This document shows positions 28,571 through 37,821 of a stretch of 64,000 bases of DNA, in pieces. Source of the stretch: Acidobacteriota bacterium. Its GTDB lineage: Bacteria; Acidobacteriota; UBA6911; RPQK01; JAJDTT01. Location: the NCBI GenBank assembly GCA_965217775.1, contig CBDCJH010000002.1, positions 384,001 through 448,000 of the forward strand, read 5' to 3'. The position numbers were made by a program, and so were the translations under genes. Below the pieces are notes generated by a model. That model saw nothing but the letters and a program-made list of their open reading frames with translations. It did no database searches and had not been told where the DNA came from. How positions within the stretch are numbered: position 1 is the stretch's first letter; each line of letters starts with the position of its first letter.

Positions 28571-28571
28571 A

Positions 28572-30308
28572 TCAGGCCTCGACCGAAAGGGTCCGCATTC
28601 GGTTGACGGCCATGGCCACCTCGTAGCGCCGGGGCCGGGCCAGATTGCCCACCTTGAACCGAGACAGGATCTCCAGCCCTCCGGCGTCCAGATCGTCCAG
28701 GAGCCGGGTCAGAGCCTGCTCCAGGGTCAGATCGTCCGTAAAGTAACGAGTCGCCATATGGTGGATGGCGAGTCCGATGGCCCGGGTCTGTGAGGAATCC
28801 ACCAACTGTTCCAGGGCGGACAGATCGATGTCGGCGCGGCCGTAGGAGAGTTTGCGCAATCCCCTGGCGTCGATCTTGACGGCCCGCCTGCCCCGCCTGG
28901 CGTCGAAGCTGCGTGCCCGGGGACGGCGCCGGAGCACGCGCCCGAAGTCGTCACCTCCTTCCCGCCGGCGCCGGCTGGGCTGTTCCGCGACGATGGATCG
29001 GGCCTCGGCGCTGACGTCCAGGGGACGATATTCGTCCATCATCACCACCGAGTCGGCCACGTCGAAGTAGTCTCCGGACCCGCCCATGACCAGGATCGTC
29101 GAGACGCCGTAGTCTCGAAACATCTGCCGGACCTTGTCGATGAAGGGGGTGATGGGCTCCTTGGGTTTGGCCACCAATGCCTGCATCCGGGCGTCCCGGA
29201 TGATGAAGTTGGTGGCAGAGGTGTCCTCGTCCATGAGCAGGAGCCGGGAGCCCATTTCCAGGGCCTCCACGATGCCGGCCGCCTGTGAGGTGGACCCGGA
29301 CGCATTCTCGGTGGAAAAAGTCTCCGTTTCTCTACCGAGCGGGAGGTTTCGAATGAAGGGGGACAGATCCACGTTCTCCACGGAGCGTCCGTCTTCGGCC
29401 CGTATCTTGAGAGCGGACCCGATGGTGACCACTCCTTCCCGTCCGTCGCCGGGGATCTGGTTGTAGACGCCCCGCTCCAGTGCGTTAAGCAGAGTGGTCT
29501 TTCCATGGAAGCCCCCTCCCACGATGAGGGTGACGCCCGATTTCAAACCCATTCCCCGAACCGGTCCCGCGTTCGGCCTTTCGAGTTCGACTTCCAGGTT
29601 CGCGGGAGATCGGAAATCGATCACCGGTTGCGCTGGGGTGGGGACGAGAGGGCGATCGTCCACGCCGCTGCGGCGTGGCAGGGAGGACCCGTTGGCCAAG
29701 AAGGCCACGAGTCCCCGCTTGACAAGCTGGTTGCGGAGCGCTTCCTGGTCTTCCACGACCCGGATCTGCCTCCGGAGCTGCTCTCGAGGAAGGCGGGCGT
29801 AGAAGACGGACCGGCGAACGATCCGGGGGAGTTCCGAAAGCAGCATCTCCGCCGCTTGGCGGCCACGGATCGACCGCCCGGCGGCGGGAAGACCGGCCGT
29901 GAAGCGGGCCTCCAGAAATCTGCGGTGGATGACGACGCTGTTGGCCTCCAGGACCTCCTGGTTCCCGCGATCGATCTCGAAGAGGCCGCTGCGTCCGGTC
30001 CCGCGGCGCCCCGAGGAGGTCACGCGGATGGCCCGATGAAAGGCCCGGGTCAGGAAGTCGGCCAAGGCAATGCGCCGGACCCGGCTCGTGCTCAGGGAAT
30101 CGGGAAAGCCGGCTCGGGCCGACTCCACGCGAACGCTCATCCGGGAGGGAGCGGCGAAAGGGTCCCCTTGCACGTGGTCGACCGAGAGCTGGAACCCGCC
30201 CAGGTCGTACGTTCCCCGGATGTCCCGGTAAGCCTTGTAGCCGCGGCCGTCGATCCGTCTGAGGATCGTTTCCAGATCCGCTCCCGTCGCCATCGGTCGT
30301 AACCTCAT
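28572..30308 (-). CDS. Predicted ABC-class P-loop ATPase (COG3044-like)
   Basis: IDGRGYKAY, DHVQGDPFAAPSR, GGGFHGKTT, ASGSTSQAA and MDEDTSATNF. Start is at 30308 or 30293. Confidence 0.8.
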   Translation of the reverse strand: MRLRPMATGADLETILRRIDGRGYKAYRDIRGTYDLGGFQLSVDHVQGDPFAAPSRMSVRVESARAGFPDSLSTSRVRRIALADFLTRAFHRAIRVTSSGRRGTGRSGLFEIDRGNQEVLEANSVVIHRRFLEARFTAGLPAAGRSIRGRQAAEMLLSELPRIVRRSVFYARLPREQLRRQIRVVEDQEALRNQLVKRGLVAFLANGSSLPRRSGVDDRPLVPTPAQPVIDFRSPANLEVELERPNAGPVRGMGLKSGVTLIVGGGFHGKTTLLNALERGVYNQIPGDGREGVVTIGSALKIRAEDGRSVENVDLSPFIRNLPLGRETETFSTENASGSTSQAAGIVEALEMGSRLLLMDEDTSATNFIIRDARMQALVAKPKEPITPFIDKVRQMFRDYGVSTILVMGGSGDYFDVADSVVMMDEYRPLDVSAEARSIVAEQPSRRRREGGDDFGRVLRRRPRARSFDARRGRRAVKIDARGLRKLSYGRADIDLSALEQLVDSSQTRAIGLAIHHMATRYFTDDLTLEQALTRLLDDLDAGGLEILSRFKVGNLARPRRYEVAMAVNRMRTLSVEA

Positions 30309-30424
30309 CGAACTCTCCAGCCGGCCGCCGCTTCCGGTCGTCCACATCGCGCAGCGTCCGGCCGACCCACTGTACCGGCGCGTTCCGGGTATAATCCACC
30401 CCGTTTGGTGGCGTCTCCACGGGC

Positions 30425-31096
30425 GTGAGAAATGTGGTGCAGGAACTCCCGGTGAAAGTCTCGTCGAGCACGGGCCGTACGCCATGGGGGGTCTTGTCCG
30501 GGGCTCTTGGCGTCGTCCGGGGCCTCTACGATTGGGTGCTCTCGTTGGCCCACCGGCGGTACGCGGCCGCCATTCTGTTCGTGATCGCCTTCGCCGAGTC
30601 GTCCTTCTTCCCGGTTCCCCCCGACGTGCTTCTGATCGCCCTGGCTTTGGGCGCCCCCGGCCGGGCCCTGGGATTCGCGGCCATCTGTACGGCCGGGTCG
30701 GTGGCGGGGGGCGCGTTGGGCTACGTGCTTGGCCTCTACTTCTACGAGCTGGTGGGCCGGCCCATCATCGAGATCTACGGCGCCCAGAGTGCGTACCTGG
30801 ACGTCCAGGCCCTATACCGGGAATGGGACGCCATCGCCATCTTCGTCGCGGGCTTCACACCGCTTCCGTACAAGGTCTTCACCATCGCGGCGGGGGCGTT
30901 CCGGATCGATTTCCCGACCTTCATCCTGGTTTCGGCCGTCAGCCGGGGAGCTCGATTCCTGCTGGTCGGGGCACTCATTTTCCGATTCGGTCCCGGGGTC
31001 AAACAGATCATCGACCGCTACTTCAGTTGGCTGACCGTGGTCTTCGCGGTTCTCCTGATCGGTGGATTCCTGCTCCTGAGATATGCTATTTTTTAG
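30425..31096 (+). CDS. YqaA/DedA family membrane protein
   Basis: [15 protein letters not shown] and [15 protein letters not shown]. Exact start uncertain. Confidence 0.85.
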   Translation: MRNVVQELPVKVSSSTGRTPWGVLSGALGVVRGLYDWVLSLAHRRYAAAILFVIAFAESSFFPVPPDVLLIALALGAPGRALGFAAICTAGSVAGGALGYVLGLYFYELVGRPIIEIYGAQSAYLDVQALYREWDAIAIFVAGFTPLPYKVFTIAAGAFRIDFPTFILVSAVSRGARFLLVGALIFRFGPGVKQIIDRYFSWLTVVFAVLLIGGFLLLRYAIF

Positions 31097-31110
31097 CCGT
31101 TCTCCTGCCT

Positions 31111-31187
<77 letters not shown>

Positions 31188-31260
31188 GACACAATCTGGT
31201 TACCGAAGGCTTTTCTCAGCGTCGCCCGGAATCGGAACGGGCGAATCACGGGTGGATGTC

Positions 31261-31530
31261 ATGGCTGCTCGCCGCTATCGATTGACGGGCCGGGTCCAAG
31301 GCGTGGGCTTTCGGTATTTCACATACAGGTCGGCCCAGCGCCTGGGGGTGAAGGGTTGGGTCCGCAACCGGGACGATGGGGACGTGGAGGTCCACGCCGA
31401 GGCTGAGTCCCCCATCCTGAAGGAATTTGAAGGGCACCTGCGGTCGGGTCCATTCTTTGCCCGGGTCCTGGGCCTGGAGTGGACCAACGTGTCTACGGGT
31501 CCGTTCCTGAACTTTTCCATCGAGAGGTGA
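31261..31530 (+). CDS. acyP: Acylphosphatase
   Basis: GRVQGVGFRY and GWVRNRDDGDVE signatures. Confidence 0.9.
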   Translation: MAARRYRLTGRVQGVGFRYFTYRSAQRLGVKGWVRNRDDGDVEVHAEAESPILKEFEGHLRSGPFFARVLGLEWTNVSTGPFLNFSIER

Positions 31531-31533
31531 GCC

Positions 31534-32049
31534 GTGGAGGAATTGAAGAAGAAAATCCGGGAGATCCCTGACTTTCCCAAGGAGGGGATCCTCTTCTATG
31601 ACGTGACGACCCTGCTGAAGGACGCTGACGGACTGCGTCAGGCCATCGATCTCATGGTGGACCCTTATGTCGGCGCCGGAATCGACAAGGTGGTGGGGAT
31701 CGAATCGAGGGGATTCATCCTGGCGCCGGCCATGGCAGTTCGTCTGGGAGCCGGATTCGTCCTGGTCCGAAAGCCGGGCAAGCTTCCCGCCAAGACCATC
31801 GAGGTCGCCTACGATCTGGAATACGGACAGGATCGCATCGAGGTCCATGAGGACGCCATCGAAGCCGGTGAGCGGGTCCTGATCGTGGATGATCTGATGG
31901 CCACGGGGGGCACGGCCGCCGCCTGCGTCGAATTGGTCCGCCGTTTGGAGGGGAACCTGGTCGGCGCGGCCTTTCTGGTGGAGCTGGAGTTTCTTCAGGG
32001 GAGATCCAAGGTCCCCGGCGTCGAGATCTTCTCCCTCCTCAAATACTGA
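31534..32049 (+). CDS. apt: Adenine phosphoribosyltransferase
   Basis: [33 protein letters not shown] and [10 protein letters not shown]. Confidence 0.95.
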   Translation: MEELKKKIREIPDFPKEGILFYDVTTLLKDADGLRQAIDLMVDPYVGAGIDKVVGIESRGFILAPAMAVRLGAGFVLVRKPGKLPAKTIEVAYDLEYGQDRIEVHEDAIEAGERVLIVDDLMATGGTAAACVELVRRLEGNLVGAAFLVELEFLQGRSKVPGVEIFSLLKY

Positions 32050-32086
32050 ACACCGGTGGTGCCGCGCAGAACCTCGCAAATCGACG

Positions 32087-32872
32087 TCAGGCTTCGGGAA
32101 CGGGGGCCGGTTCCAGGCGATCGATTTCGGATTGAGCCTCCTCGGCCTGGGTGCTGGTGGGAAAGTCGTTCGTGATCTTCTTGTAGTTCTCTAAAGCCTG
32201 CTCGATATTGCCCAGGGCCTCTTGGGTTCGGGCAATCCGCATTAACACCGTCTGCTCCGGAACTTGGGGAGTGGGGTCTCCCAGGAGCTGCTGGAGGTAG
32301 GTCAGAGCTTCCTGGTGATTCTCCTCTCCCAGCGCAATGTCCGCCAGGACGTTTCGTGACAAGTTTCGGACATCGCTGTCACCGCTGTTGTCCACGACCC
32401 ATCTCAAATGTTGGCGGGCCTTCCCGGCGTCTTCGCTCTGCCGTTCGATGAGGCCGAGATAGTACCGGGAGAAAAAACCGATCCGAGTGCCGGAGTAGTC
32501 GTCCGATATCCTCTCGAACGCCGCTTCGGCAGCGGCCCGCCGTTCCGTGACGGTCTCGAAACGGTACACTGGCGGCGGCTCCTGAGGCTGGTTCTGGTTC
32601 TCACCGGCGGACTCGGAATCAGGTTCCGGATTCAACTCCTTGACCGGGGCGTGGTAGGTGTCCAGGGCCTCGGCGAACAGCTCCTGGGCTTCCTGGTTGG
32701 TGCTTTCCCGGTAGCCCTGCCAGAGGTAGAAGCCCAGCAGGCTCACCACGACGATCCCCGATCCCACCACCAACTGAGTCCGATTTCCCACCACCCACTG
32801 GGAAATCCCGCTCAATACCGAGTAGATCCGGTCCTCTTGAACGATCTCCCTGCGCGTCAACCTGCGAGCCAC
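32087..32872 (-). CDS. Membrane-anchored TPR protein (YfgM-like)
   Basis: One N-terminal TM helix followed by TPR-like helical repeats. Confidence 0.7.
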   Translation of the reverse strand: MARRLTRREIVQEDRIYSVLSGISQWVVGNRTQLVVGSGIVVVSLLGFYLWQGYRESTNQEAQELFAEALDTYHAPVKELNPEPDSESAGENQNQPQEPPPVYRFETVTERRAAAEAAFERISDDYSGTRIGFFSRYYLGLIERQSEDAGKARQHLRWVVDNSGDSDVRNLSRNVLADIALGEENHQEALTYLQQLLGDPTPQVPEQTVLMRIARTQEALGNIEQALENYKKITNDFPTSTQAEEAQSEIDRLEPAPVPEA

Positions 32873-32916
32873 AGAACAACCCTCCTGCGGAATTCAGTCA
32901 CTGATTCGTATATTTA

Positions 32917-32990
32917 TGCGCCTGGCAGGACTCGAACCTGCGGCACAGGGGTTAGGAACCCCTTGCTCTGTCCTTCTGAGCTACAGGCGC
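32917..32990 (-). tRNA. tRNA-Arg (anticodon CCT)
   Basis: Reverse complement GCGCCTG TAGCTCAG...AGGGG-TTCCTAA-CCCCT...GGTTCGAGTCC...CAGGCGC-A. CCA is not encoded. Confidence 0.92.
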
Positions 32991-34914
32991 AATCGCAAAT
33001 AGTCTAGCATCCTCAGGCTGGAAGCCGCCACGGTATTGGCCCGGACGGATTGCCTACTTTCGACACCGAAAATACCTTGACGGCTGGTGTCGGGGACTAT
33101 ACATCGAACGCCGCTCGTGACCGCATCCCAGTCTCTCTTGGTCGCAAATCCTTAGTTCAACCAGCCACGGAGGCCGAATTTCGAGATGCGTAAGAATGTC
33201 AACTTTTCTTCGATTGGGATCATCCTTCTTCTGCTGAGCTTCACCAGCACCTTCGCCCAAAGGACGACGGCGGAGATCGTGGGCACGGTGACCGATGAAA
33301 CGGGAGGCGTGCTTCCCGGCGTGGAAGTCGTGATCACCAATCTGGACACGGCTCTGACCCGAAGCACCTTCACGAACGATTCCGGAAACTACCACGTCCG
33401 CCTCTTGCCGGTCGGCCGCTATTCCGTCAGCGGCGAGCTGGTGGGGTTCAAGAAGCAGGAAATCTCGGGAATCATCCTCCAGGTGGACCAGGTGGCTCGT
33501 ATCGATCTGAGCTTGGAGGTCGGAGAGATCACGGAGCTGGTGGAGATGGAAGGCACGGCGCCCCTGACCAAGACCGACGACGCCGACATCGGGATGGTGA
33601 TCGAGAACCAGCAGATCGAGGAACTCCCTCTTCGAGGCGAGAACTCCTTCGTCGATCTGGTCTCGCTGGATGCCGGAGCCGCCAAGGTTTCCGGCCATTT
33701 GACGTCGATCTTCACCGATCTGTTCGGAGGCATGACGAACGCCTACGGCTCCCCCCCGGACGGGTCGAGGTTCATGATCGACGGCGTGGACGTGAAGGAC
33801 ACCGCCTATCCCGGATCGATATCCGTCTGAGCGGCAACGCCACCCGGGAGATGAAGTCGCAGATGAACTCCCATTCGGCGGAGTTCGGAATGAACAGCGG
33901 CATCCAGGTCAACATGGTGACCAAGTCCGGGACCAATGAAATTCACGGAAACGTCTTCTGGGACCATCGCAACTCGTCGGCGAACGCACGGAATTTCTTC
34001 GATCCGTCCCGGGAAAGCCGGGTCCGGGAGGGTCTGTCCGAAGTTCCCATCCTTCAATTCAACATCTTCGGCGCCTCGGTCGGGGGACCCATCGTCCAAG
34101 ACCAGACCTTTTTCTTCTTCAACTACCAGGGCACGCGGGAAAACAAGTCGCTCACTCGTCCGGCCAGCGTTCCCACCATGAAGATGAGAAACGGCGACTT
34201 CTCCGAGATACTTCCCGGAACGGTGATCAAGGATCCGTTGACCGGCCAGCCCTTCCCGGGCAACATCATCCCCGAGAACCGGATCCATCCGGTGGCCCGC
34301 AACATGATGTTCGGCGTGGGTGAGGTCAATCCGCTGTGGCCCGTGCCCGATCGTCCCGGAATCGCCAACAACATCCTGCCCAGCCGTGTCCAGGAGCAGG
34401 TCTTCGACCAGTACGTCTTCCGCGTGGACCACAGCCTCACGGACTCGGACAACATCTGTGTCCGATACATTTACGACAAACAGGACCGGGTCCTGCGCTA
34501 CAACAAGTTCCTTCACCAACTCCCCGACTACAACGACATTTTCTCCACGCCCGCCCACAATGCTCGAGTCGGTTGGACCAAGGTCATGGGGGCGACGGCG
34601 GTCAATGAACTGAAACTGGGCGTCAACCGCATGACGCAGACGCTGGAAGATGAGATTTACGGCACGCCGGTTCCGAAGCTCCTGGGAATCGAGGGGACGT
34701 CGACCCTGTTTCAATACAATCCCTGGGTGAACGTGGCTGGTTTCAGCCGGACCGGCACCCTCTTGAACGCTCCCAACAACCGTGTGGACAACACCTATCT
34801 CGCCGGAGATACGATCTCGTGGAACGTGGGTTCTCATGCCCTCGGATTCGGAGGCGAGTGGAGGGAGAGAGAGCAGAACGGGGGATCCCAGCCGATACCC
34901 AACGGTTATTTTAT

Positions 34915-35015
34915 GGGGCTTATATACCTAAGTGCCCTTGGCATACAGTTCTGGCACCACGCTTTCCCCAACGAGATACGTTCCGGTACCCAGGGCAAGA
35001 ACCCCAGCCCTGAGA
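34915..35015 (-). ncRNA. Candidate omega-RNA scaffold overlapping the tnpB 3' end and the TIR
   Basis: Minus-strand stems CAGGGC/GCCCTG, GGTACC/GGTGCC enclosing ACG..CGT, and TGTATGCC-AAG-GGCA-CTT-A-GGTATATA. Position is typical of omega-RNAs. Boundaries are inferred. Confidence 0.5.
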
Positions 35016-36103
35016 ATGTTCAGGGCGGCATTGTGGTCCCTGTCCATTCCAAGTCCGCAGGCCCTGCACCGGAAGGTTTCGCTCCGCCCTGGATCGTGGC
35101 GGGCGCCGCACCGGTGGCAGTCCTGCGATGTAAATGCGGGATTCACTTCTACGAACTTCCGACCGGCCCATTCTGCCTTGTACTGGATTTGATTCCGCAG
35201 AAGCCCCCAGGATTGCGTCAGTATTTCTCGATTCAGCCCCTTCTTCTTCGAGCCCTTCGTTACCATCCCTTGGATGTTCAGCTTCTCCACAGCGATCAGA
35301 CCGTGCTCACGAATGATCCTGCTGGAGAGACGATGGCAGGCATTACGGTTTCGGACCGATTCCCGGTGACGGAGCCGAGATAGCTGTACGATCCGCTTCC
35401 GTCTGGTCTTGGAAATCTTCTTGCACCTGGAGACCTTTCTCTGCTGCTTTCGGATCTCCCCCCAGTCCCGTCGATTCCGTTCGATCCTCTCACCCGTGGA
35501 CAGCACCGCTCGCTTGCGGACGCCCAGGTCGATCCCTACCGAAGACTCGCATTTCGGTAGCGGCGGCTTCTCCACCTCGTACGTCAGGTCCACATACACC
35601 CGGTTCGGCTTGCGGACAATCCGCAACGCTTTCAACGGGCATCCGTCCGGCAACGGCCGGGACGGAAATATCCGGATCGTCGGGAAGCCCTTGGGCCGGA
35701 TGGCGTAGCCCCGAGCGCGCTTCTTCACCAGGGTCGCTTTGGGGTCGACGACGTCGATGGTCTCCATCCTCGCCAGGGGCCGGAATCGAGGATACCCCGG
35801 CTTCTCCCCCGCCTTGCAGCGACGGAAAAACGCCTTGAAGGCCCGGTCCAACCGCATCAACATCCCACGCTCCGCCTTGACCGCCACCGACCCGAGCCCC
35901 TCCGGATCGTCCTTCCTCTGGGAGGTCAACCCCTTCATCTGATCGTACAGGGTCACGCCGCGTTGCTCGGATTCCCAGGCCGTCCTGCGTTCCTCCAGTG
36001 CAGCGTTGTACAGCCGATTCAGGATGGACCTCACCCCGTCCAACCGCCGGATTCCACCCTTGGACAGCTTGGCTCGGCACTGGATAGTTGCGTGGCCTTT
36101 CAT
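34928..36103 (-). CDS. tnpB: RNA-guided endonuclease TnpB
   Basis: LYNAALEER, KPGYPRFR, RuvC-I GIDLG, RuvC-II IAVEKL, Zn finger CHRCG/CRACG and RuvC-III DRDHNAALNI. Confidence 0.92.
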   Translation of the reverse strand: MKGHATIQCRAKLSKGGIRRLDGVRSILNRLYNAALEERRTAWESEQRGVTLYDQMKGLTSQRKDDPEGLGSVAVKAERGMLMRLDRAFKAFFRRCKAGEKPGYPRFRPLARMETIDVVDPKATLVKKRARGYAIRPKGFPTIRIFPSRPLPDGCPLKALRIVRKPNRVYVDLTYEVEKPPLPKCESSVGIDLGVRKRAVLSTGERIERNRRDWGEIRKQQRKVSRCKKISKTRRKRIVQLSRLRHRESVRNRNACHRLSSRIIREHGLIAVEKLNIQGMVTKGSKKKGLNREILTQSWGLLRNQIQYKAEWAGRKFVEVNPAFTSQDCHRCGARHDPGRSETFRCRACGLGMDRDHNAALNILRAGVLALGTGTYLVGESVVPELYAKGT

Positions 36104-36110
36104 GGTCGGA

Positions 36111-36116
36111 ATTGTA
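36111..36116 (-). promoter_or_regulatory. Candidate -10 box for a leaderless tnpB transcript
   Basis: TACAAT 7 nt upstream of the tnpB ATG, with no Shine-Dalgarno sequence. Confidence 0.45.
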
Positions 36117-37821
36117 ACCCATCAGCCTGAATTCTCGGCACTTACGTATATAATCCCCTATTTTATCTTCGCCCCCGTCTACACCGGTTATGCCATGGCG
36201 GATCTGATGCTGGGCTATCACCGGACGGCCATCACGGGCCGGGAAGACGGTTTCGGAAACTACAGCCACAACAACGTCAGTATCCACTTCAAGGACACCT
36301 GGAAGGTCAGCTCCAAGGTGACTCTGGACCTGGGCCTGCGCTGGGACTACTTCTCACCCTATACCGATTCGAGAGATCGGATCTCGCAGTTCGATCCGGG
36401 TTCGGGATTGCTGATTCTGGTGGGTGATCCGCGCCCGACCGACGCTTCCCACTATGCATTGCCGGCGGAATACGGCGTTGCCGAGCGCATGCTCTCTCCG
36501 TTGATCTCGGACGCGAGCTGGCCTCATGGAAGGCTGCTTCAGGCGCGCGACCTGAACGACTGGGCTCCGAGAGTCGGTCTGGCTTTTCGTCCCTTCGGCG
36601 GAAACGAGACGGTTGTTCGGGCGAGCTACACCCCTTTCGACACCTTCTACATGCAGCGGGTCGGTTTCAACAAGCCCTTCGTGAACCAGCAGACCTTCGT
36701 GAATCAGTTGGACGAGCAAGGTGTTCCCGTGTTCACCATCGACAGGCCGTTTCCTGAGGGCTCGGGTATTCCTTCGTCGACGGGGTAGGGATTTCAGCCG
36801 GATTGGGCCCACGGTTACAACCAACAGTACAACGTCACCGTGGAAAGAGCCCTGTCTCAAACCGCCGTCTTCGAGCTCGGTTACATCGGCAACAAAGGCA
36901 CCAAACTGATCCGCGACGGGAACCTGAACCTGGCGGCTCCCGGTCCCGGCAGCCGCGTGAATCGAAGGCCCTATCAGAATTGGGCGACCGTCGGCTGGAG
37001 ACAGCCCACTGCCAACTCCTCCTATCACGGGATGAGAGTCAATCTGAAGCAGGGATTCAGCAACGGTTTCCTGGGCAACATTTCCTACGTCTATTCCAAG
37101 TGGCTCGACTGTGGTGGAAACAACCTGTTCGCCGACCTGGGGGACAGCGTGAAGAGGAATCCCTTCGACTGTGCGGCGGAAAAAGGGCGCAGCGCTTCCG
37201 ATTACCGGCAGCGGTTCGTCTACAATTTCGTCTACCAGATTCCGGTCATGCGAGGATCCGGCCACGGACTTGCGGGAGCCATCCTGGGTGAATGGAACAT
37301 CAGCAGCATCGGGACCTTCTCTTCGTCCGGGGCGGTCGACGTCGGCAGTCCATTCGATCCCGACAACACGGGAGCGGCCAATCGGCCTGATCTCACCGGG
37401 AATCCGAACAGTGGGCCCCGAAACGCCCAGCAGTGGTTCAATACCAAGGCGTTCACGCGGGTTCCGAATCCGGCGGAAACGGGCGTCTACCGTTTTGGAA
37501 ACGCCGGCCGCAACATCATCGACGGTCCCGGCTGGACCACGGTCGACTTTTCGGTCTGGAAGTCCTGGCACGCGGCGCAGGAAGCAGTACGGATCGAGTT
37601 TCGAGTCGATTTCTTCAACATCACCAATCACACGAACTTCGATCTCCCCAATCGTAATTTCGGAACGGGAGCCTTTGGAACGATGGGCAACGCCGGGAAT
37701 TCGCGGCATCTTCAATTCGGCCTGAATGTCCAGTTCTAGAGATGTCGTCTCAGGCCCGGAAAGAAAACCTGTCGGCAAGTCCGTCTCGAATGGTCTCGAA
37801 TAAGAAGGAGAAGTTGAAGAT

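Larger units (their letters stand above)
34915..36158 (-). mobile_element. Non-autonomous element with IS1595-type ends carrying tnpB
   Basis: TIRs GGGGCTTATATACCTAAGTGCC (34915-34936) and GGCACTTACGTATATAATCCCC (36137-36158). 8-bp TSD TATTTTAT at 34907-34914 and 36159-36166. No transposase gene inside. Confidence 0.9.
33186..37739 (+). pseudogene. Disrupted TonB-dependent receptor
   Basis: Frameshift near 33810, insertion at 34915-36158 (removing it restores PNGYFIFAPVYTG), in-frame TAG at 36786-36788, and C-terminal QFGLNVQF. Confidence 0.9.

Noticed and set aside
34915-36158. Ordinary IS605/IS1341 element, or a Cas12f CRISPR locus
   Set aside because: The boundaries are TIRs with an 8-bp TSD, which Y1-type elements do not make, and there is no adjacent array.
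36786-36788. Programmed TAG readthrough (pyrrolysine or recoding)
   Set aside because: The gene is already broken by a frameshift and an insertion, and other genes here use TAG as a normal stop.
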